64,000 nt of DNA from Octopus bimaculoides (lineage: Eukaryota): the NCBI RefSeq assembly GCF_001194135.2, contig NC_068985.1:86451694-86515693 (forward strand), in the 5' to 3' direction. The translations under genes were made by a program, and so were the position numbers. Positions 53,801 to 64,000 of the stretch are shown in pieces; within the stretch, counting starts at the first letter, position 1; each line of letters begins with the position of its first letter. Below the pieces are notes generated by a model, which made no database searches, had not been told where the DNA came from, and worked only from the letters and a program-made list of their open reading frames with translations.

Positions 53801-54473
53801 AGAGAGAGAGAGAGTGGGAGAGTGGGAAACAGCAAGAGTGCAAGAGAGAGCAAGAGAGAGATGGTTGTGAAGTGCTAAGGTATACTCATACATCACACAG
53901 TATTACATCAAATTGTTTTCTTTTAATTCCTGACAAAGCCTGTTTCACTTTTATCAATGCCTAGTTAAGGAACGTTTCTGTTTACCCCATTCGGACTCTG
54001 GCAAAGATGCTGCTTTGATGGTTGCTAAATTCTGCCAAGTGGATATCTTCTCAGTTCACTTTTAGAAATTGATTGTTAGCAACAGCAGTGTAAGCAAAGC
54101 TAAGACTGCTGTCATTTTCTCTATTTATTTGACGACAGGTGCTTGTACATTGTTGTTGCTGTTTTGGTTCTTCCTTTTGTTTGTATACAAATTTACATTT
54201 TCCGCTATCAAATCTACTTGAGAGTTTGTCTGTTTCTTTGTTAATTCTTGTTTAGTTTTTAAAATTCTGTTTAGTGTTCTTTTTGAATTTATTTTCAAGT
54301 CTTCAAAGATTAGTACAGTGAGCCATATTAAGTGGCGCTGTTTTTCTTGCTGTTAGCTTTCACTTAGAGGAAACATAGAAAATTATTCTACACACTACAA
54401 ATACAGAGAAAAATATCTGACAGATTGTTTTCTAACTCAGGTACTGAAGTAGATATGAATAATATATCTCCAG

Positions 54474-55296
54474 GGCGACCAAGTTAGTAGTGGGGGTGGG
54501 TGCGCTGAAAGTGTAGCTGCTAGAATAAGAATAGCCTGGGAAAAGTTTAGAGAGCTCTTACCCCTGCTGGCGACAAAGGGACTCTCACTCAGAGTAAAAG
54601 GCAGACTGTATGACGCATGCGTACGAACAGCCATGCTACATGGCAGTGAAACATGGGCTGTAACTGCTGAGGACATACGTAAGCTCGCAAGGAATGAAGC
54701 CAGTATGCTCTGTTGGATGTGTAATGTCAATGTGAATACCCGTCAGAGTGTAAGTATCTTGAGAGAAAAGCTGAACATTAGAAGCATCAGTTGTGGTGTG
54801 CAAGAGAGACGATTGCGCTGGTATGGACATGNNNNNNNNNNNNNNNNNNNNNNNNNNNNNNNNNNNNNNNNNNNNNNNNNNNNNNNNNNNNNNNNNNNNN
54901 NNNNNNNNNNNNNNNNNNNNNNNNNNNNNNNNNNNNNNNNNNNNNNNNNNNNNNNNNNNNNNNNNNNNNNNNNNNNNNNNNNNNNNNNNNNNNNNNNNNN
55001 NNNNNNNNNNNNNNNNNNNNNNNNNNNNNNNNNNNNNNNNNNNNNNNNNNNNNNNNNNNNNNNNNNNNNNNNNNNNNNNNNNNNNNNNNNNNNNNNNNNT
55101 GCCAGTGCCCCTGGACTGGCTTGTGCGGGTGGCACGTAAAAGCACCCACTACACTCTCTGAGTGGTTGGCGTTAGGAAGGGCATCCAGCTGTAGAAACTC
55201 TGCCAAATTAGATTGGAGCCTGGTGTTGCCATCCGGTTTCACCAGTCCTCAGTCAAATCGTCCAACCCATGCTAGCATGGAAAGCGGACGTTAAAC

Positions 55297-55337
<41 letters not shown>
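54474..55337 (+). mobile_element. RTE LINE family 1, 5'-truncated young copy with (GAT)n tail
   Basis: Stop-free frame 54474-54830: GDQVSSGGGCAESVAARIRIAWEKFRELLPLLATKGLSLRVKGRLYDACVRTAMLHGSETWAVTAEDIRKLARNEASMLCWMCNVNVNTRQSVSILREKLNIRSISCGVQERRLRWYGH, then a gap, the 3' UTR and (GAT)n. Confidence 0.95.
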
Positions 55338-55339
<2 letters not shown>

Positions 55340-57371
55340 CATGATGCATGATGTGAAAAAAAGGCAAGAAGGTGATAGGTGGGTTGTCTTTCGCAACAAA
55401 TCTACAATATCAGAGAAGTATCATGGAACAAATCTGGCTCTTGAGTAATTCTATGCAGCTGCAATCCAGGAGATCTTATCGATGAGATTATTTCATGAGG
55501 AGTATATAAATTATAAAAATGCCAGAAGGAACGAGTATTTCAACTGTTTGTCATTCTTTAATTATGGCAATTTCAAAGCCTTCATCACATAATAATAATA
55601 TTTACATTTCTGTTCTAATATGTATGCTAAGTATTATACATTACAATTGAATATTTACTAAATGAGGCAGACAGAGAAAGCTCACTTACCAGGTCACCAA
55701 AACATCGTGTTCACACTAATTCTTCAACTCTTATATTGTGTTTTGACATCGTTTTATGGTTGAATATCTTTCTCATTTCCAACCGCTTTATAAAGTATAC
55801 TAGGTACATTCTATCGTTGGGCCAACAAAAGAGAATCTGCTTTGTCCCTGCACATTCTTTCATTTTTACGAACACCACTAGTAAAAAAAGTCAGCCTTCT
55901 TAATGTTATCTTTGTATGTGAGCTCCTATTTTTCTCACTCATCTAAGAGGGAGGAGTGCCAGATCGAGTTGATAATGGAAGAGTAAAAGCAGAAAAGAAC
56001 CAGAGTAGTAGGGCTTAGAGAGTGATAAAAGAGGAAAAGAAATAATGGAAGAGAGGTTGATAAGCAGGTACATGAGGATTGTTGGTAAGGAGATTGGATA
56101 GAAACAAAAGGATTGTGTGACACCAAAGATTTTGATGAAGGAAAATGGTATTTTCTTGTGGTATCAAGTTGATTTGATAATTTGAAGGACTAGCAAGGGG
56201 TCCACTTTGCCAGGTTCTTTAAGCATTTCAGTGACTTATTGTGATGGTCAAGCTGCTTTCCCTGTCTTGACGCCATTAATCATGTTCTTGGCTATATCAA
56301 CCAGGCATAGCTGTGTGGTTAAAAAGATTGCTTCTCAACCGTATGATTTCAGGTTGAGTCACACTTTGAAGCACCTTGGGCAAGTGTCTTCTACCACAAC
56401 CCTGGACCAACAAAATCCTTATGAATTGATTTGCTAGACTGGAAACTGAAAGAGACCTGTTTTGTGTGTGTGCATGTTTATTAATATGCACATATATATA
56501 CGGCAAAAATATGTGCATAGAAATTGCCAAAACTGTTTTAGAATTTCGTTAAAGAAGTAAAATTGCCTTACTTCTGTGAAATATGTACAATCAGTTTCTA
56601 ATGACTTATAACTCATCCTCGTCTACTTCTTCCTCCATTTCCCCCTTCTCTTCCTCCTTCTCCTCTTACTTCTTCACCTTTTCTTTCATCTTGTTTTCCT
56701 TCTTTTTCTTCTAATCTCTTTGAATACCATTTTGAATATTCATAGAGCGCCACAGCTTTGTAATTTCACAGAAACCTCTTACTCCTCATAACTCCTCTCC
56801 GTCATCATCTTCTCCCCACACTCTCCAACTTCCAAAAGGGAATCTGAATTCCATTTCGTTTCAGCAAAGGGAAACTTCGAGCTATTATTAAATTGCCTCA
56901 TTTTGCTTTTATTTGCGATTTCGTTTATTTGAATATATGGTATGGTTAATTAATATTATATGTATATCAAAACAGGAAAATAACTTAATAAACTTGTTCG
57001 CCTTCTTATTGAGGCAAACTATTCTGACTGAATTATAAAATTGCTTAATTAATAAAATGTCAGGATTAATTCTCTGATGACTTNNNNNNNNNNNNNNNNN
57101 NNNNNNNNNNNNNNNNNNNNNNNNNNNNNNNNNNNNNNNNNNNNNNNNNNNNNNNNNNNNNNNNNNNNNNNNNNNNNNNNNNNNNNNNNNNNNNNNNNNN
57201 NNNNNNNNNNNNNNNNNNNNNNNNNNNNNNNNNNNNNNNNNNNNNNNNNNNNNNNNNNNNNNNNNNNNNNNNNNNNNNNNNNNNNNNNNNNNNNNNNNNN
57301 NNNNNNNNNNNNNNNNNTGTGAGTGTCTGTATACATATACATAAATATATACATATATATATGTGTGTATG

Positions 57372-57419
<48 letters not shown>

Positions 57420-57514
57420 CATGTATTTATGTATGTATGCATATATGAATGTATATATGTGATTATTTCTGTATATATATTTATATATTTATTCGTATAT
57501 ATGTAGTGAATGTG

Positions 57515-57599
<85 letters not shown>

Positions 57600-57769
57600 C
57601 TATCTCTGTAAGTGTGTATGTATATATGTGTGCATGTTTTCGTATTTATGTATGTAAATCAATGCCTTCTACTTAAAACCTGACAGAGTTTGTCGAGTGT
57701 GATAGATCAGAGAACTCTAGATGCCTCTGTCTAGAATGAATAGCGTTATATTTAGTTGATGCCATTGCA

Positions 57770-58200
57770 TCCTCATCATCATCATAACCACCACCACGAC
57801 CATCACCACTATCATCATCATCACCATCATCATCATTCAGATCCTCATCCTCATCATTAACATCATCATCATCATCATCAACAATATCATCACCGTGGTC
57901 ATCCACATCATCATGGTCATCATGGTCATGTTCATCATCATCATCAACATCATCATTTCCATCATCATCAGCATTACCATCACTCCCAACAAATCTCATT
58001 GTCACCGGCCACATCATCATCATTGTCATCATCATCCTTCTCCTCCACTTTATCATCATTGTTATCCTCATCGTCGTTGACATACTCTGTGTCCTTCTCC
58101 TCCTCTTCATCATCATTATAATTGTTGTCATCATCACCTTCACTGTCGTCACCATTATTCTCACCATCATCTTCATCATCATCAGCATCATCAAGAGCAG
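57770..58200. repeat. Degenerate (CAT)n/(CAC)n cryptic simple repeat
   Basis: Directly visible; produces the D-rich, H-rich and M-rich ORFs. Confidence 0.9.
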
Positions 58201-58532
58201 CAACAACCGCATGGAACCAAAGAGTGACAAACCTCCTTTTGTAATTGTCCATCTCTGCCCGAAACAGCAGCATCAAATCAGCCTCAAATCAAACCTCACC
58301 ATTGCTGTTTTAACCTCCATTTCTTGGATATATCAGGAATTAGAGAGACCTGAAGTGTTGCAAAGGACTATGCTAATCCATATCCTCTCATCAATGAAAG
58401 GATAAAAGGTAAAGTTGGCCACGGCAGAATTTGATCTCAGAATGTAGCGATAGGTGAAATACTTCTAGTCATTTCGACTAGCATGCTAACGATTCTGCCA
58501 GCTTGCCACTCTACTTCTGTCACTAATGAATA

Positions 58533-58578
<46 letters not shown>

Positions 58579-61214
58579 AGTGCGTGCGTGAGTGTATGGG
58601 TGTTTGTGCATGCATATGTGTGTATGTATATATACACATGCACACATACACAAACATATATATTTATATATATATANNNNNNNNNNNNNNNNNNNNNNNN
58701 NNNNNNNNNNNNNNNNNNNNNNNNNNNNNNNNNNNNNNNNNNNNNNNNNNNNNNNNNNNNNNNNNNNNNNNNNNNNNNNNNNNNNNNNNNNNNNNNNNNN
58801 NNNNNNNNNNNNNNNNNNNNNNNNNNNNNNNNNNNNNNNNNNNNNNNNNNNNNNNNNNNNNNNNNNNNNNNNNNNNNNNNNNNNNNNNNNNNNNNNNNNN
58901 NNNNNNNNNNNNNNNNNNNNNNNNNNNNNNNNNNNNNNNNNNNNNNNNNNNNNNNNNNNNNNNNNNNNNNNNNNNNNNNNNNNNNNNNNNNNNNNNNNNN
59001 NNNNNNNNNNNNNNNNNNNNNNNNNNNNNNNNNNNNNNNNNNNNNNNNNNNNNNNNNNNNNNNNNNNNNNNNNNNNNNNNNNNNNNNNNNNNNNNNNNNN
59101 NNNNNNNNNNNNNNNNNNNNNNNNNNNNNNNNNNNNNNNNNNNNNNNNNNNNNNNNNNNNNNNNNNNNNNNNNNNNNNNNNNNNNNNNNNNNNNNNNNNN
59201 NNNNNNNNNNNNNNNNNNNNNNNNNNNNNATATAGTTGAAACTTACCTGCACACATACCCATACACACACACACACAGATCAAGATATTTGTCTGGATAA
59301 TCAGTGCTGTGTGGTTAAGGAGATCAGATAGACAACAGATTAAGAGAAGAGATCCTTAACACACAACAGTTCGAACATCTTTTCATACAAGCTATACTGA
59401 ACTTAAGTTATGTGGTATTTTCTATCTGAGTATTCAATCGCTGTTGAACTTTGGTCATTCTGAATTATTCATATCCTAACACTGGCAACACCAACAAGAT
59501 TTAAAACAATGCTTACTGAGCTTGACCTCATTAATGTCTGGTTAAGATATTTCACAATAACATCTAAGATGAAGAAATTATAAAACTGTGATGATCGTGA
59601 TGATATGAAGGTGATAAGTTTTATTTCAATCAAACACTAATAGTGGAGATATAATGCCTGTGTTATTAGTAAAAGATCGGAAGTAGATAAAAGACAGTAT
59701 TTTACTAAAATGCGTGACCAATAATGAATGAAATGAAAGGAATTGACCAGATTTATGTCAAAATTCCTCTGGGCTTTTTTTAAAAATGTTGTTGCATCAT
59801 CTTTGTAACGAGTTTCCTCGTTTTGTAAGATCAATAAGCATAGTCAAAGTGACCAAAATATTGGAGATGATTAAATTCCAGTATGGCTCATTGAGGACAT
59901 ACATCATCCATTCTATATAACAAAAATGTTGGAACAATTGCAGTTAAGAAATATTTCACTCAAAACATGTGAGAACTTCATTCTACACAACACAATGTCA
60001 CCTTTTAACAGTTGGTATTCCTTACTAAATAGAACCAAGTATTGTTGATGTGTATCACCTGCTCAAATAAGGAAATTTTGTGAAAGCAAATTGTATATTT
60101 ATGATTATGCATTTATTGGATAGAAATGTTTTTTATTTAGAAAAATATGCAAATTGGTTGTATGAGGAAAAAGTGAACTATGCTTCGAGCAATGTTCAGT
60201 CAAAAGCAGTCATGAATTAAGAAATGTGCCACTTGTGAAAATATCTGATGTCAACAAAAACCACCGTTGATAACTGAGGTTGGTGAAAATGGTATTGTCA
60301 GGTATTTTATTGTATAACTCATCCATCACTGCTGTGTTTATGAAGAAGGTTTACCATGTTGTATATTCAGATACTGAAAGGGGCTTTACCAATTGTATGA
60401 ACAACAAACTGTGCATGTCATTATTTATTTGATAGAAAATTCCAGCTTAGATCCTCTTGAAGTCATCTTTAATCCACATACAGGATTTCCAAGAGTTAAC
60501 ATCTTTGATGATATTGAAATGGACTGTCAATTTCACGGTATTTGATTTCCATATCGCATATATCAAAAGAAATGTTATTCTTCCCTTCGATGTCACCTCA
60601 CAGCTACATTTTAGAGACTGCAAACTAAGGACTGTCTTTAGAAAACGTTGATGATCAATTCATACACTGGTGTCTTACATCACCGTAATTTATTTTCTGA
60701 AACACTGCTTGGTTGAGTACTAAGTAAAACCATTTCTAGAATGGAAAAAGAATGCCCAGAGATGCTGTTCTACCAATGCTGAATGACACAATCATGTCTG
60801 ACCTGAATTAATACTGGAAAACTGTGTCCTTTGCAATGGGGGTCCTGTTTCATTTGAATATCTCAGAAATAATAATTAAAATGGTTCATGGGGCATTACA
60901 GATATGTAGTGAATGTCCTTAATACATAGAGAAGAAAACTTTCAAATGAAGAACAAAATATGTCCATTGGTAATTCGTTAAGCATTTCAAAAATGGTTTT
61001 TGCTACAATGCTCCTACATCTCAATACAAAATTCTGTCTGTTGGAGATTTAAAAAAATACCTAAATCAAAATGAGCAGGTAACTTTTAAAAAATGTTTTT
61101 TTTAATAAATAGCTTTAACCATATCATTCGAAAGTTAACAACAAGGAAAAGAGCATTGTGATCAGCGATGTATAACAATGTCCGATAGTCTGGTCGATCA
61201 CATGATCATGTAAT

Positions 61215-61256
<42 letters not shown>

Positions 61257-61266
61257 NNNNNNNNNN

Positions 61267-61305
<39 letters not shown>

Positions 61306-61342
61306 TCATACATGCACATACACACGCACAAACATTCATACA

Positions 61343-61377
<35 letters not shown>

Positions 61378-61754
61378 ACATATTGTTGGTGTGTAGTTTC
61401 TAAAGCCTCGGGCAAAAGACTGAGGTATTTTATCTGACACTTAATGATCTGAGATCGAATTCTACCAAAGTCAACTTTACCTCTGGGTTTGATAAAACAA
61501 AAGACCGCTCAACTATTGGGCCAATGATATCGAATTACACACTTCCCTCAAAATTGCTACCTTGTTCCTAAGTTAGAAACTATTGTTTCACTCTTGCACC
61601 GCTGCCTGTGTTCTGCATGCCTGTACATGTTCAGCAGTGGTTATGGTGACCACGAGTTCGTTATCTATTTGATGCTTAATTGTTTATAGAACATTGATAA
61701 CAAATCCGAAAACTGGCAATCCATCAGTTAGGCCAATGAGTGTTGCAGCTGATA

Positions 61755-62035
61755 CAATCTACTGAACAGCCAGCTCGTGAAACTAACACGCAAGTGGCTG
61801 AGTACTCCACAGACACGCATATTCTTGCATAGTCTCAGGGAGATTGAGGGTGACACATGTTGAGATAAGGCTGGCCTTTTGAAGCACAGGTACTACTCCT
61901 TTTTGCTACCTGAGTTGACTGGAGCAATGTGAATTAAAGTGTCTTGCTCAAGGACAAAATGTATCATAAGGAATCAAACTGACAACCTTGCGATCGCGAA
62001 CCAAATCCCTAACCACTAAGCTATGCACCTTCACA
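61755..62035 (-). mobile_element. tRNA-derived SINE family C
   Basis: The minus strand begins GTGAAGGTGCATAGCTTAGTGGTTAGGGATTTGGTTCGCGATCGCAAGGTTGTCAGTTTGATTCC (A box and B-box-like), followed by CCTTGAGCAAGACACTTTAATTCACATTGCTCCAGTCAACTCAG. Confidence 0.8.
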
Positions 62036-62830
62036 CCCACACAGTTATAAAAGCTGTCTCAAATGAGAACTTAGTCTGTGTTTGGAGACATATGTAATAA
62101 CTGCAATTAACATAAATACAATTACGACAAAGGTTTGACTTTCTAATAATCTGCTGACAACTCAAAGACAGTTTATAAACACATAAATCTTGATAATAAT
62201 GAAGTAGAAGTATGTCTAACAGTCCACATGGAACTGTTGAGAGAAAATGCAAAACCTGAATTAGTTGAGGCAAAACCCAATATTGCATTTAGTGGCATCG
62301 ATGTAACCATCAAACTGAAATTCATATTCTGTATGTCAACATTTCATTTAAAAGTTTAGAATCTGCTTTTCAAAGCATACTTCTCATATGTTTAACTGGT
62401 TGGATAATTAGGGGAAAATTGTCTTCAACAATGTTTATTAATAATGCTAGACATCTTTAATATACATAGAATACATACATATATATATCATCATCATCAT
62501 CATCATGTAATAAAGTGGTAAATGTTTGTGGATTCATAGTTTGTGGGGATTGCTTACTTTGGTGTTATTTGGGTTTCATCATAGGGAACCTATGAAAGCT
62601 TAGTTATTAACTTTTGGGAAGTTTTCGAAGGTTCTGTGGCATAATGTCTGCTGGGATATGTGACATGTTACCAAGAGGCTTGTACATGGTAGAAATCTTT
62701 CATTCTCCTCTCCTATACCCAACGTTGTTTGTCAACAACTATGATAACTCCATATTGACATGTGTGCAGAATCTGAACTACCGTATTGAAAGAGAAAAAA
62801 CATAACCGGTATTTTATACTTTATATAATA

Positions 62831-63179
62831 CTAGCAGAGCAACCCGGCGTTGCCCGGGAATGAAATTGCTGCTTATATACTGGAAGGAAAAAAGCAAAAT
62901 ATGCTGTATAGAAATCTGAGGACATTCTGTAGATGGACTCTCAGATGAATGATGACTGGGCGCCTCTCATGAATTGGAAAATTGAAGATGCACCAAAAAG
63001 CCTCATTGGTACTTGGAAACTTTTACGAAAATTAAAATGTGGATTAAATGAAAAAAATGATTTACGTAAATATCCTCACAAGAGTAATTGAAATAAATTG
63101 CGATTGTGGAACCCCTCACGCACGCACGCGCACGCACACACACAGAGTATCACACATCAGATGAAATGGAAGTGTGTGT
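62831..63179 (-). mobile_element. Non-autonomous Helitron, 3' portion
   Basis: The minus strand ends CCCGG-GCAACG-CCGGG (hairpin, 62843-62858) TTGCTCTG CTAG|T, the canonical Helitron 3' hairpin, CTRR and T target base. The 5' part is lost in or before the gap. Confidence 0.85.
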
Positions 63180-63311
63180 NNNNNNNNNNNNNNNNNNNNN
63201 NNNNNNNNNNNNNNNNNNNNNNNNNNNNNNNNNNNNNNNNNNNNNNNNNNNNNNNNNNNNNNNNNNNNNNNNNNNNNNNNNNNNNNNNNNNNNNGAGAGA
63301 GAGAGAGTAAA

Positions 63312-64000
63312 TCTATACTATATATAAAACAGAGATGTGTGTGTAATCGCCTTCACCAAATGCTTCCATACTTGTGATGCGTGAATAATTTCACCTCGGA
63401 TAAATGTTAGGCTCTTCATTTGATTTTTTTAATTAAAAATAAATAATATTGCTTTATATTTCAGATTCACTTCTTTAAAAAGGTTCCTCAATGTTAACTT
63501 CCGGTATTGACGTAACAACGGCACAAAGCTTCACCCCGTATATTGTGTGTGAGTGTGTATGAGAGAGAGAGAGAGAGTAAATACCACATACACACCGCTC
63601 TCTCACTCTGTCTCACAGACGTACACACGCACCACACACAGTCAAGGGCCGTGTTGTCATATGCATACATCCAAAGATGTATGTATATTTATGCATGTAC
63701 GTATACATGACAACAAACCTCTCTCTCTCACTCACACTCTGTCTCTTACAAACACACACATACATAAATGTATACAAACATATTTACAAAGACACACGTG
63801 TGTATGCGCGCGCGCGTGCGTGCGTGCGTGGGGGGTTCCACAATCGCCATTTATTTCAATTACTCTTGTGAGGATATTCACGTAAATCATTTTTTTCATT
63901 TAATCCCCATTTTAATTTTCGTAAAAGTTTCCAAGTACCAATGAGGCTTTTTGGTGCATCTTCAATTTTCCAATTCATGAGAGGCGCCCAGTCATCATTA
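63312..64000 (+). mobile_element. Non-autonomous Helitron, 5' end, runs off the window
   Basis: A|TCTATACTATATATAAAACAG: TC start after an A. Positions 63800-64000 are the reverse complement of 62947-63140, so this is likely the same family as the minus-strand copy. Confidence 0.75.

Noticed and set aside
53900-54400. K/N/Q-rich interrupted frame on the minus strand
   Set aside because: Compositional bias of T-rich DNA explains it, and no motif was recognised.
55690-55880. Minus-strand exon candidate ending at CCTG|GTAAGTGAG (also CAG|GTAAGT at 59247)
   Set aside because: All frames are closed for the first; the second lies in a microsatellite. Isolated consensus donors are expected by chance in 64 kb.
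57673-58276. 185-aa and 98-aa D/M/H-rich ORFs
   Set aside because: Cryptic (CAT)n repeat; all frames give homopolymer-like peptides.

Overview
AT-rich, microsatellite-saturated eukaryotic sequence with about 14 N-gaps, most abutting simple repeats. The repeat content (tRNA-derived SINEs, RTE LINE tails ending in (GAT)n, very dense di/tri/tetranucleotide arrays) suggests an octopod cephalopod genome; this is inference from pattern recognition, not a database result. No host protein-coding gene, rRNA, true tRNA or CRISPR can be supported, and almost the whole ORF track comes from microsatellites and N-runs. The window reads as intergenic or intronic DNA built from transposon relics: at least three SINE families, two RTE-clade LINE families, three R4/Dong-like (RLE-endonuclease) fragments each next to (TAA)n arrays, a CR1-like LINE 3' end, a decayed hAT transposase, a 478-bp foldback palindrome, a ~150-bp TIR-bounded MITE, and two non-autonomous Helitron copies arranged head-to-head. 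The most interesting signal is at 10868-11155: a Pol III/tRNA-like head (A-box-like motifs and a B box), an (AAT)n linker, and a tail that folds into a minimal type I hammerhead ribozyme of the kind carried by Penelope-like elements. A second, 61-bp copy of that tail at 53195-53255 stops inside the catalytic core. A few strong splice-site pairs on the + strand may belong to a non-coding transcript, but this is weak.
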